64,000 nucleotides of DNA from Thermoanaerobaculia bacterium (lineage in GTDB: Bacteria > Acidobacteriota > Thermoanaerobaculia > Multivoradales > Multivoraceae), in NCBI GenBank assembly GCA_963666565.1, contig OY762911.1, positions 2,784,001 to 2,848,000 on the forward strand. Reading direction: 5' to 3'. Below, in pieces: positions 42,763 to 51,955 of this stretch (position 1 is the stretch's first letter; every line of letters begins with the position of its first letter). The notes below the pieces were generated by a model. That model was given only the letters and a program-made list of their open reading frames with translations. It was not told the origin of the DNA and ran no database searches. Both the position numbers and the translations under genes were made by a program.

Positions 42763-44625
42763 TCACCCCTGGTTCGGATCCGGGTTGGCGCCCCCGCTCC
42801 CGGCGGCGAGGACGACGACCTCGATGGCGGCCTCCCGCATCGTGACCGCGAGCGTGCGTCCGTCCGGGCTCACGCTCGGCTGGAGCGCGCCGAGCGGGCC
42901 GGTCGTGACCTGTTCCGTTGCGCCGGTGGCGATGTCCACCCGCCACACCTGGAAGGGTCCGAAGCGGTCGTTGCGCGAATAGAAGAGCGACGCGCCGTCG
43001 GCGCTCCACTCGGGAGCGCTGTAGGGTTCGCCGTTGGTGAAGGCGAGGACGACCGTGGGGGTTCCGCCTTCCGCCGGCACCGTGCAGACGGTGACGCGTC
43101 CGTCCTCGAACGAGCGTCCGTAGAAGGCCAGCCGCTCGCCGTCCGGCGAGTAGCGGGCGCCCATGGCATAGCCCTCGAACCCGTCGAGCGGGACGCGGAC
43201 AGGGTCGCCGATCGCGAGCCCCGCGGCGGGATCGACGGCGATCGTGTACACGGACCCCGGATTCCCCTCGGACGGCGGCCCGTGGCTGCTGAAGGCGAGG
43301 GCCCGCCCGTCCGGACGCCAGTCCGGCTCGCCGGTGTCGGCGCCCGGTCCGAAGCGCGTGAGCCGGGTGGGTCGCTCGCTCCCGTCGACCGGGACGATCC
43401 ATATGTCGTCGCTCTGCTCCAGGTGCCCGTGGAAGGCGAGCCACCTGCCGTCGGGCGACCACGCGGCGCCGTAGTCCTCGTGCTCCTCCGAGAGGAGCGT
43501 CCGGACCGGGCCAGCCGGGGCGCCCTCCGCGTCGAGGTCGAGCACGCCCAGGTCGAAGTCGATGGGCATCAGGAGCCGTCGCCAGGAGAGCGTGGTGAAA
43601 CCGAGCGCCGCCCCGTCGGGGCGCCAGGAAGGCAGGAAGGCGCTCGTGCCGCCGGCCGTCGTCACGTCGACGGGTTCCCCGCCTGTCGCCGGAACGAGAC
43701 CCACCGCGGTGCGCGTGCGGTAGACGCTGAGCGCGACGCGACCGTCGGCCAGCGGCGTCACCGCGAGCACGTCATGGTCGCCGCGCGCCAGCCGTTCGGC
43801 CGGGCCGCCGTGAAGCGGCACGCGCCAGCCGACCAGGAGCGAGTCGTCGGGCCGCGCCGCCGCGAGATAGAGCGCGTCTCCCCCGGGTGACCACTCCACG
43901 CGGCTGTCCCATCCGAACCGGAAATCGGCGGCGAGCGTGCGCGTCTCGCCCGTCGCGATCGCCGTCACGGCCAGGTCGGCGCGGTATCCGGCCGCGACCT
44001 GAAGGTGCGCGACCGAGCGCCCGTCGGGAGATCGAACGGGCGCGGACCATCCCCCGGCGTCGCCGACGATCACGGTCGGGTCGCCCTGTTCGGGCGCAAA
44101 CGCGACCCACGCGGTATCGGCGCCCTCGTGCCGAAGCGCGGTCACGGTTCCGTCGGGCAACAGTCGCGGGTGGTCGACGCGCGCTTCCCCGGGGTCCACG
44201 ATGCGCGACTCCTCGCCGGTGGTCGGGTCCAGGGTCCAGACGCCGTGACTCTCGGGCCGGCGGTCGACGTACACGACGCGCGAACCGTCGGGCGACCAAG
44301 TTACCCGGAAGCGCTCCGCCGGCGTGGTGGTCAACACGCTGCCGGACCCGGTGGCAACGTCGTAGACAGTCAGCGATCTGGCGCCCGCGGCAAAGTCGGC
44401 GAACACGACCCGGTCGCCGGCGGGCGAAGGGATGCCGGGATAGGCGTCGTAGAGGTCGGTGTGGACGTGCCGCGCGAGGACGACTTCCGATACCTCCGGA
44501 ACCTCTTCGACGTCGCTTCCGCACGCAGCAGCGAGGAGGGGCACCGCCAGGACGCAGCCGGACAGGGCCGGCCGTCGCCGTGAGCGCCGCGGGTGGGTCA
44601 CCGCCCGACTCCCTCCACCTCGCAA
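42763..44625 (-). CDS. TolB-like/PD40 beta-propeller lipoprotein
   Basis: LAAAC lipobox, repeated WSPDG/SPDG motifs. True start may be about 44601. Confidence 0.8.
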   Translation of the reverse strand: MRGGGSRAVTHPRRSRRRPALSGCVLAVPLLAAACGSDVEEVPEVSEVVLARHVHTDLYDAYPGIPSPAGDRVVFADFAAGARSLTVYDVATGSGSVLTTTPAERFRVTWSPDGSRVVYVDRRPESHGVWTLDPTTGEESRIVDPGEARVDHPRLLPDGTVTALRHEGADTAWVAFAPEQGDPTVIVGDAGGWSAPVRSPDGRSVAHLQVAAGYRADLAVTAIATGETRTLAADFRFGWDSRVEWSPGGDALYLAAARPDDSLLVGWRVPLHGGPAERLARGDHDVLAVTPLADGRVALSVYRTRTAVGLVPATGGEPVDVTTAGGTSAFLPSWRPDGAALGFTTLSWRRLLMPIDFDLGVLDLDAEGAPAGPVRTLLSEEHEDYGAAWSPDGRWLAFHGHLEQSDDIWIVPVDGSERPTRLTRFGPGADTGEPDWRPDGRALAFSSHGPPSEGNPGSVYTIAVDPAAGLAIGDPVRVPLDGFEGYAMGARYSPDGERLAFYGRSFEDGRVTVCTVPAEGGTPTVVLAFTNGEPYSAPEWSADGASLFYSRNDRFGPFQVWRVDIATGATEQVTTGPLGALQPSVSPDGRTLAVTMREAAIEVVVLAAGSGGANPDPNQG

Positions 44626-44695
44626 CGGCCCAAGTGGCCCGCTCGCGGTCCGGGAGCAGGGGTGGAGAGCGCGACGCGACGAAGCAAGGAGGAAC

Positions 44696-46858
44696 TCAGG
44701 CTTCCGGTTCGCCGGCCTTGCGCTTCTCGTCCAAGGCCGACATCAGGCCGACCTCGTTCAGGTACGTGCCGGCCTTCGCGTCCTTCGCTGCCTCGACCTG
44801 CGCCTGGCTCGCGCCGGCTTCGGCGAGAGCGGAGAAGGGGCACCTGCCGGCGCCCTCCGCGGCCTTCGTCTCAGCCTCGGCGACCGCGGCCGCCTGGTCG
44901 CCGTCGCCCTTGCCGATCTCGTAGGCCGCGATCATCTGCTCCATCAGCTCGTGGCCGAGCGCGATGCCTTCCTCGACCGTCTTGATGCCGATCTCCGGGA
45001 CGTGCTTCTCGCGGGCCACGAGCTCGACGCGCTCCTGGGTGCGGTCGCGCATGAAGCCGGCGGGAACGCGGAGAATGCGCTCGACCGCTTCGGACGACCA
45101 CTCGAAGGTCGAGAGCAGCGGCACGCGGTCGTCGTCGCGGGCGATCAGCTTGCGCTCGTCCGCGGGCGCTTCGGCGCCGCCGGCGCCGTTGCCGTTCGCC
45201 CCGGCGGCCTCGCGGGCCTCGATCGTCACCGGCTCGCCCGTTTCGTCCTCGATCATCGCGCGCGCGAACTCGAAGGTAACGGTCGGCAGCTTGCTCATCC
45301 GCGCCTTCTTCTCGATCCGCGCCTTGGCGCGGCGGCGGCGGTAGAGGTCCTCGATCGTCTTGAGGGCGAGGCGGGCGTCGGCGGTCCACTTCAGCTTGCG
45401 GCCGTCGTAGGTCGTCTCGACTTCCAGGCCGCCCTCCATCTCGGCGATCCGGTCGAGCATCTCCTCGGTGATCCGCTCGAAGGACTCGCTGCCGCAGACT
45501 GCGCAGCGCACCGGGTCCGGCTCGGCCGACGTGACGCCGCACTTCTTGCAGATGAAGGTCGGCCGGCTGCGCGCGAGCTGCAGGGCGACCTTCTCGGCCA
45601 GGGCCTCCGTCTCACGGGCGGTGTACTTCGGCATGTAGCGGTCCATCGCCTCGTCGAGCACGTCGGAGGAGATCACGCTGTGGCCCTGCTCGACCGCCAG
45701 GCGGTAGAGGGCGGTACGCGCGATGCCGCGCACCTGCTCCGGAACGCGCTTGAAGCGCTCCTCGGCTTCGGGCGTCCAGCGGATGCTCTCCTCGGCCTTG
45801 ACGTCGAGTTCCGGGTACTCCAGCCGGGTGGTCAGGAGCAGGTCGCAGGGGCAGGCGCGGAGCAGGTTCTCGGCGTTGCTGCCGAGACCGGTCTCGCTCT
45901 CGTCGCTGTGGACGCCGACACGGCCGACGACCAGCATCCACGGGTCGATCTTCCTTGCGTGGTCGAGGACCTTCTGGAACGCCTTGCCGTCGAGGAGCGT
46001 CTTCGTCAACTCGACGCCGACCTCGGTCGCCATCGTCTCCGCGACGTCCAGGTGGGACTGGTAGATCTGCGCCAGACCGGTGTCGATGATCTCCTCGTGG
46101 AGCTGGTTCTGCTCCTCGAAGCGGAAGATCTTCGCGGCGCGCTCGGTCAGCACGTTGACCACGCCCTTGAACACGGAGTAGTGGAGGTACGGGTCGTAGA
46201 CGGAGATCGCCTCGACCTTCTTGCCGAACGTCTTCGCCAGGTCGATGGCCGTCATCAGGGCGCCGAAGGACTGGGGCGAACCGTCGACGCCGACCAGGAT
46301 CGTGTCCCGGACCGGCGCTTCGGCGTGGCTGCCGTTGCCGTTGCCGTTCGTCCCGTGCGCGCGGGCCGGCAGGCTCTTGATGACCAGCACGTCCCTGTCG
46401 GCGGTGCGGGCGACCCGCTCGCAGACCGAGCCGATCTGGGTGTCGCGGACGCGGCCGATGCCCATCACGCCGAGCACGGTCAGGTCGTAGCCGGACTCGC
46501 GGATGTCGCGCACGATCTCCACGTGGTGCTTGCCGTCCATCATCTTCGGCTCGAACTCGAGCCCGGCGTCGTCGCAGACCGCCTTCATCGGCTCGAGGTA
46601 GCTCTCGGAGATGAGCTCAAGCCCCATCGTGATGAGGGAGTCGTGGATCTTCCGCTGGCGGTCGAGCTCCGTCTCCTCGAGGTACTCGTCCGGGAGGGTG
46701 TACTCCATCTGCTTGAACCGGTAGTCGTGCATGCTGGCCGCGTAGACGTGGCAGCCGACCATCGTGGAGTCGAACTTGCGGCCCAGTTCGACCGCCGAGG
46801 CGATCGCCTGGTTCGAGTAGTCCGAGTTGTCGACGGGGACGTAGATCGTCTTGTACAT
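44696..46858 (-). CDS. Multidomain protein: two USP domains, three PCP_red-like domains, Zn-ribbon
   Basis: MYKTIYVPVDNS and ILVGVDGS with GSVCE/GSNAE; three W.xEA...P motifs; CKKC..CAVC; C-terminal RCPF. This is the 3' part of track ORF 44696..48556. Confidence 0.82.
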   Translation of the reverse strand: MYKTIYVPVDNSDYSNQAIASAVELGRKFDSTMVGCHVYAASMHDYRFKQMEYTLPDEYLEETELDRQRKIHDSLITMGLELISESYLEPMKAVCDDAGLEFEPKMMDGKHHVEIVRDIRESGYDLTVLGVMGIGRVRDTQIGSVCERVARTADRDVLVIKSLPARAHGTNGNGNGSHAEAPVRDTILVGVDGSPQSFGALMTAIDLAKTFGKKVEAISVYDPYLHYSVFKGVVNVLTERAAKIFRFEEQNQLHEEIIDTGLAQIYQSHLDVAETMATEVGVELTKTLLDGKAFQKVLDHARKIDPWMLVVGRVGVHSDESETGLGSNAENLLRACPCDLLLTTRLEYPELDVKAEESIRWTPEAEERFKRVPEQVRGIARTALYRLAVEQGHSVISSDVLDEAMDRYMPKYTARETEALAEKVALQLARSRPTFICKKCGVTSAEPDPVRCAVCGSESFERITEEMLDRIAEMEGGLEVETTYDGRKLKWTADARLALKTIEDLYRRRRAKARIEKKARMSKLPTVTFEFARAMIEDETGEPVTIEAREAAGANGNGAGGAEAPADERKLIARDDDRVPLLSTFEWSSEAVERILRVPAGFMRDRTQERVELVAREKHVPEIGIKTVEEGIALGHELMEQMIAAYEIGKGDGDQAAAVAEAETKAAEGAGRCPFSALAEAGASQAQVEAAKDAKAGTYLNEVGLMSALDEKRKAGEPEA

Positions 46859-46929
46859 GGCGGTGTTTCCTGGGTTGACGGAGTGTCGGTTCCGAATGCT
46901 GCGGGGTGGGTTTACGAGGTCGATGCGAG

Positions 46930-48708
46930 TCAGACGGCCGGCGCCTCGGCGGCGACGACGGCGTCGCCCGCGCCTTCCTCGCCGGCCGCCTTCTGGCGCG
47001 CGCGGCGGCGGACCAGGAACACGACGGCCAGCTCGAGAACGAGCACGATCAGGGCGGCGCGAAGCACGGGGCCGGCCACGGCCTGCTCGACGCTCGGTTC
47101 GGTGTAGACGTAGAACCAGGACGACAGCGCTCGCTTGTTGCCGCGTTCGCGGTTGAAGCCGTCCCAGACGCTGAAGGCGACCGGCGTGTACTGCTCTTCG
47201 GCGAAGCTGACGCCGGCTCGCGACGAGCGCCGCCGCTTGTACGTCACGGTCCACGCGCCCTGGTCGTACGACGTTACGGCCTCGACGATGTCCGCTTCGG
47301 TCGCTTCGATCGCGTCGCTGCCGCGCCCCCGGAACGTGTCCGCGACCCCGTAGGTCAGGTTGACGAACCAGAGATCGACCGGGTTCTGGGCGTCGCCGTA
47401 GAGGAAGTACGGTTTGAGTTCGGGAGTCTCTTCGGGCGCCAGCGTCGCCGGGAACTGCAGCGCCACGGCGTCGGAGAACTCGGCGCCGCCGGCGCCCGCG
47501 TCGGCGGTTCCGAAGAAGTCGTCGCCGCCGTCGCCGAAGAAGTCGTCGCCGCTGTCGCCGAAGAAGTCGTCTTCCGCCGGTGCTTCCTCGCCGCCGAAGT
47601 CGCCGAAGAAGTCGTCGGAGTCGCCAGCGTCGTCGTCCGCATCGCCGCCGATGCCGTTGTCCTCGTCCCACATCGGCACTTCCAGGCTCGGGCTGTTGCG
47701 GCCCGAGGTGTCGGCGCGCAGATCGTTCCAGCGGACCCGGAAGGCGATCTCGTCGCGGTTGTAGACCGCCTGGGCCTCGATCGAGGTCACGGAGGGGAAG
47801 AAGTTCCGCCCCGGTTCGGTGATCTGGCCGACCAGGGGGAACCGGGTCGTCGGCGCGGCCTCGAACAGCGCGTCGAGCGATTCTCCGTCCTGCAGGTCGA
47901 TCGGCTCCTCCGAATAGACCGCCGTGATCAGGGTGCCGTAGTTGGGCTCGTCCGCGTCGCCCAGGGAGTAGACGTAGTTCACCAGGTGCTGGCGATCCTC
48001 GACTTCGAGCGAGTCCGCGTAGGAGGGCATCGGCGTACCGTTCAGCCCGGTCGAGAACGTGCGGTAGATGTCCTCCTTGGTCGGTCCGCCGCGGTAGGTC
48101 CAGCGCTGGGTCAGGTCGGCGACCTTGATCGGGTCGCCCTTGTCGTTGACCAGGGTCGGCGCCGACGCGCCGTCGCCCCGTCCGACCTCGCCGTGGCAGG
48201 CGGCGCAGCCCTGCTCCTCGTAGACCACGCGGCCGCGGGCGATCGACTCTTCGGTCGATTCGAGAGGCCGGGGAATGTCGATCGGCTCGCCGTAGCGGTC
48301 GGGATTCTCGAAGTCGGCCGAGAAGGACTTGATGTAGTAGATGACGTTGTCGATCTCGGCGCTCGTCAGGTTCGGCCAGCCCGGCATCGAGGTGTAGGGG
48401 GCGCCGATCTCGATGATCCGGCGCAGGTCGTCGTCCGTCGGCAGCATGCCGTTCGGCGTGGTGCGGAACTTGTACGTGCCCGTCGTGAAGTCGCGCGGCT
48501 TCGGCTTGACCCGGGGCGTGGCGTAGCCGTTGCCGTCGCCAGTATCGCCGTGGCACTGGCCGCAGTACTTGTCGTAGACGACCTTGCCGGCCGCTTGCTG
48601 CTCCTCCGTGCCCAGGTCGACCTGGGCGTTGGCCGGTAGCGCCACGAGCAGAGCGACGGCAGCGAGCGTTGCCGCGGCCTGAGTGCGTCGGTTGGCGTGC
48701 GCGGTCAT
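46930..48708 (-). CDS. Diheme cytochrome c fused to an ethylbenzene-dehydrogenase-gamma-like (DOMON-like) domain, C-terminal membrane anchor
   Basis: Signal peptide; CGQCH and CAACH; FSDAVALQFP, PVAFSVWDG..RERGNK; C-terminal TM. Confidence 0.82.
   Translation of the reverse strand: MTAHANRRTQAAATLAAVALLVALPANAQVDLGTEEQQAAGKVVYDKYCGQCHGDTGDGNGYATPRVKPKPRDFTTGTYKFRTTPNGMLPTDDDLRRIIEIGAPYTSMPGWPNLTSAEIDNVIYYIKSFSADFENPDRYGEPIDIPRPLESTEESIARGRVVYEEQGCAACHGEVGRGDGASAPTLVNDKGDPIKVADLTQRWTYRGGPTKEDIYRTFSTGLNGTPMPSYADSLEVEDRQHLVNYVYSLGDADEPNYGTLITAVYSEEPIDLQDGESLDALFEAAPTTRFPLVGQITEPGRNFFPSVTSIEAQAVYNRDEIAFRVRWNDLRADTSGRNSPSLEVPMWDEDNGIGGDADDDAGDSDDFFGDFGGEEAPAEDDFFGDSGDDFFGDGGDDFFGTADAGAGGAEFSDAVALQFPATLAPEETPELKPYFLYGDAQNPVDLWFVNLTYGVADTFRGRGSDAIEATEADIVEAVTSYDQGAWTVTYKRRRSSRAGVSFAEEQYTPVAFSVWDGFNRERGNKRALSSWFYVYTEPSVEQAVAGPVLRAALIVLVLELAVVFLVRRRARQKAAGEEGAGDAVVAAEAPAV
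47510..47616 (-). repeat. Coding tandem repeat DDFFG x4
   Basis: CCGAAGAAGTCGTC at 47510, 47534, 47558 (24-nt period) and 47603. Confidence 0.85.
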
Positions 48709-49526
48709 CAGTGCTGCCCCAGAGCGCGCGGCTCGTAGCCGTTGAAGTCGTAGATGAACAGGTTGACGTCCCACATCTCCTCGGCGGTCAGGAACTTCTC
48801 CCAGGCCGGCATGGCGCTGTCCCAAGGTGTGCCGCCTGCTGGCATGCCGGGAGCGCCCTTGGCGATCCGCCAGTGAACGAACGAGGATTGCAGGGCTGGC
48901 AGCGTGCCGACGTCGTTGAAGTTGCTGGGCACCGGGTTCAGGCCGTGGGCGAACATGCCGTCGCCTCCCATGCCGTCGCCGTGGCACCAGAAGCAGTTCT
49001 CGTAGTAGACGCGGCGGCCGTTCTCCAGGTGCTTCCCGTACAGCTCCGGGTCGTCGTGCTTGTAGTGGAGGTACGGGTTGTCGGCCGTCGCCATGTCGAT
49101 CGTCTCGTCGTGAACGGTGAGTTCAGTGGGCGGCGGCGGATGGATCTCGCGGCCGAATCCGGGCGCCTCGAGCGGCATGGTCAGGTCGGCGTAGGCGTTG
49201 TAGGCAGCCAGCGCCGGAAGCGCGACGAGGAGTCCCGCCAGGGCGAGGCGATAGCGCGGTTCGAGGATCAGCCGCTTGATGGGCTGCACCGTCTCGGCCA
49301 GCCGCTCGCGGCTCGAAGACGCGTAGGTGACGAGCGCCAGCCCGGTGATCGCCAGGTAGATCGTTGCGACGGACTGCGGGATCGGCACCACGAAGCCGAA
49401 CTTGAAGAAGGCCCACAGGCCGACCAGACTGTAGAGGAGCCAGGCGAGGGTGTGGGCCCGCCGCCAGACGAGCAATCCGCCGATCGCGGCCAGGGCGAGA
49501 ACAACAGGAAGGTTGAGTCCCCACAT
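48708..49526 (-). CDS. Membrane-anchored monoheme cytochrome c
   Basis: About 4 N-terminal TM helices, CFWCHGD, distal SAMPAW. Confidence 0.85.
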   Translation of the reverse strand: MWGLNLPVVLALAAIGGLLVWRRAHTLAWLLYSLVGLWAFFKFGFVVPIPQSVATIYLAITGLALVTYASSSRERLAETVQPIKRLILEPRYRLALAGLLVALPALAAYNAYADLTMPLEAPGFGREIHPPPPTELTVHDETIDMATADNPYLHYKHDDPELYGKHLENGRRVYYENCFWCHGDGMGGDGMFAHGLNPVPSNFNDVGTLPALQSSFVHWRIAKGAPGMPAGGTPWDSAMPAWEKFLTAEEMWDVNLFIYDFNGYEPRALGQH

Positions 49527-49528
49527 GG

Positions 49529-50014
49529 TCAGTATCCGAGTTCAGTGTCCAGGGTCACGGTCGGCGTTCCGCCCAGACTCTGCAACCAGGCAATCACCGC
49601 TTTCATTTCGTCTTCCGAGAGGCTGATCGGCGGCTGGTCTATCGGCTGCATTCCATCGGCAAAGCCGGGAACGATGAACGCCGCCGGTTCGTAGAGGGAC
49701 TGGGCCAGGTACTCGAGGCCGGAGAGCCCTTCGATCTGGGTCGCTGCGCGGGCGCCGATGCCGTCCAGGTCCGGGTAGCGGAGCGGCCCGCTCTGGCCGA
49801 CGGTGTGACAGCCGACCAGGCACTGTCCCTTGCCGCTGGCGAGTTCCGCGCCGACCGCGACCAGATCCTCCGTCGTCATCTCGGCGCTGATCAGCACGGG
49901 CGGCGGCGGATGGGCCTCCTTCTGCGGCACGATCTGGCCCAGGTACATGTAGAAGGCCGTCGTACCGAGCACGAGCAGGACCAGCCGCAGGGGCATGGGG
50001 ACGCTCAGCTTCAT
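49529..50014 (-). CDS. Small cytochrome c with atypical CxxxCH motif
   Basis: GKGQCLVGCHTVG, PDLDGIG, YLAQSLYEP..FIVPGF..GMQP. Confidence 0.75.
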   Translation of the reverse strand: MKLSVPMPLRLVLLVLGTTAFYMYLGQIVPQKEAHPPPPVLISAEMTTEDLVAVGAELASGKGQCLVGCHTVGQSGPLRYPDLDGIGARAATQIEGLSGLEYLAQSLYEPAAFIVPGFADGMQPIDQPPISLSEDEMKAVIAWLQSLGGTPTVTLDTELGY

Positions 50015-51942
50015 GCCGCCTGCCCCCCTTCGAGCCGGTCGCGGCCGTCAGCGACCGGCTTCGGTTCCCAGTCCTTCTTCCCGCCCAGACTGCTGAGCCA
50101 GAAGACGACGCCGAGCAGGCCGAAGAAGATGAGGACAGTGACGGACACGACTTGCGTCGCGAAGCCGAGGGTCGGCGTGTAGGCGTCCGGGGACGTGTCG
50201 AGGATCACGCCATAGACGTGCCACTCCTGGCGCAGCCCGGAGCGGACGTATCCCATCAATCCCATCAGCCAGGTGAAGCTGAGCGCGATGAAGATGAGAG
50301 CGTACTGGGAGACCGCCGGCATCCTGCCCCATTTGGTCTCACCCGACTGCGCGGCGTTGCGGTACAGGGGCAGGTCGATCACCGTGATCACGACCAGGGC
50401 CGCGAGCACCGAGTAGACCTGCGGGATCGCGAAGCGTATGCGTACATCCGCGTCCACGTAGTAGCCGTAGACGCCGTAGAAGATGACCAGGGCCGCCGCC
50501 GAGGAAAACACGATCGCCTGGGCGCGGGCGAGGAGCTGCCTGTGCGGGTGGACGGATTGCCTGCCGGTCCGCCGGTAGAGCAGGAAGCTCATGTAGGTCG
50601 AGAGGATCAGGATGTTGACCGCCGTGTTCTTGGCCGACATCTGGCCCAGGTAGGAGAGCTGCGGGTGGCTGCTGCCTCCCATCGCGGCGATCTCGGATAC
50701 CGACGAGATGGCGTAGCGCGGCGTCGCCCAGACGGCGAAGCAGAGGGCGATCGCGATCAGCAGCCACTTGATGAACTTCTGGAAGTGGACGCCGCCCTCC
50801 ATGCGGCCCATCCCCAGCCAGAGGTAGTAGTTCGCCCCCAGGAACAGGTTGCCGATGAGGGCCGCCTGGATGACGAACAGCCAGGAGAAGGTGCCGCCCA
50901 TCATCTGGATGCCCAGGGTCTGGCTGAACGCGTAGATTTCGGCGGCGAGGTAGTAGCCCGCGAACGGCAGCGGGAGGAAGGCGATGATGGCGACGAAGTT
51001 GCCGACGTAACCCATCCAGTCGAAGTGGGCCTTCTCCTCGTCCGTCTTCGCCTGCAGGTAGCGGAAGGCGGCGTAGGCGGCGGCGATCGAGCCGCCGAAC
51101 GCGACGTTGGCGATGATCCGGTGGATGTTGATCGGCATCCAGGTGAAGTTGAAGAAGGCGTCTCGCAGGCTCAGCAGGGCGCCGCTCTCCGAGACGGCGG
51201 AGACGAAGTCCGGGACGCCGTCGCCGTCCACGTCGTCGCGCTTGCCCGGCGACATCATGAAGGTGAGCCAGGCGTTCGCGATGAACATGATCGCCGTGCC
51301 CACGATGTTCAGCATGAAGCCCAGGAAGAGGTGCATCTTCGGTCCGAACTTGCCCCAGCCGTAGTAGTAGCTGTAGAGGAACAGCGCCTCCAGGAAGAAC
51401 AGCAGGACGTAGGGCAGGAACGTCGGCGAGAAGATGTGCATCAGGTAGTTCGTGAACTTCGGGTAGAGGATGATCAGCCCGAAGGTCAGGAACGCCCCGA
51501 AGGTGGCGGTCATCGAGAACGAGACGGAGAGCAGCTTGGTGAACTCGTACGCCAGCTTGTTGTACCGCTCTTCCTTCTTCACGTAGCCGACGAACTCGAT
51601 GATGAAGGCGAACAGCGGCACCGCGAGGACGAACGCCGCGAAGAGCAGATGGAGCTGCGCCAGCACCCAGACGGTGACCCGGCTGCCGACGAACGGGACC
51701 GTGCGGTACTCGGCCTCCTCGTAGGGCCTGGCCCTCGCCTCGGCCTCGTCCGCGGCCTGCTCGTCGGCGATGCCCTGCTGCCGCGGCGTGAGTTCGGCCT
51801 CGCCTCGCTCTTCCAGGGCCACGGCCTGCCGGTCCGGCTGGCGGTACTCGTTGTCGACGAGGAAGCCGCCGAGCCGCACCGTGGCGATCACGGACACGAA
51901 CGCGAGAACGCCGATGCCGAAGATGATCCTGTTTCTGTTCAT
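50011..51942 (-). CDS. Cytochrome bd subunit I-like (CydA-like) polytopic membrane protein
   Basis: AQLHLLFAAFVLAVP (helix I His), FFLEALFLYSY, NIHRIIAN (second His), MGYVRSGLRQEWHVYG (variant of GRQPW). No cydB nearby. Confidence 0.82.
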   Translation of the reverse strand: MNRNRIIFGIGVLAFVSVIATVRLGGFLVDNEYRQPDRQAVALEERGEAELTPRQQGIADEQAADEAEARARPYEEAEYRTVPFVGSRVTVWVLAQLHLLFAAFVLAVPLFAFIIEFVGYVKKEERYNKLAYEFTKLLSVSFSMTATFGAFLTFGLIILYPKFTNYLMHIFSPTFLPYVLLFFLEALFLYSYYYGWGKFGPKMHLFLGFMLNIVGTAIMFIANAWLTFMMSPGKRDDVDGDGVPDFVSAVSESGALLSLRDAFFNFTWMPINIHRIIANVAFGGSIAAAYAAFRYLQAKTDEEKAHFDWMGYVGNFVAIIAFLPLPFAGYYLAAEIYAFSQTLGIQMMGGTFSWLFVIQAALIGNLFLGANYYLWLGMGRMEGGVHFQKFIKWLLIAIALCFAVWATPRYAISSVSEIAAMGGSSHPQLSYLGQMSAKNTAVNILILSTYMSFLLYRRTGRQSVHPHRQLLARAQAIVFSSAAALVIFYGVYGYYVDADVRIRFAIPQVYSVLAALVVITVIDLPLYRNAAQSGETKWGRMPAVSQYALIFIALSFTWLMGLMGYVRSGLRQEWHVYGVILDTSPDAYTPTLGFATQVVSVTVLIFFGLLGVVFWLSSLGGKKDWEPKPVADGRDRLEGGQAA

Positions 51943-51955
51943 CTGTTTCCCGGCG

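Noticed and set aside
47510-47616. CRISPR-like periodic repeat
   Set aside because: In-frame 24-nt coding repeat without unique spacers; no cas genes.
44696-48556. 1286-aa ORF as one protein; likewise 52630..56523, 51956..55483, 715..2868, 41864..43462, 38612..39940
   Set aside because: The N-terminal parts are off-frame overlaps of upstream genes; real starts are internal (46858, 55899, 52630, 2062, 42760, 39490).
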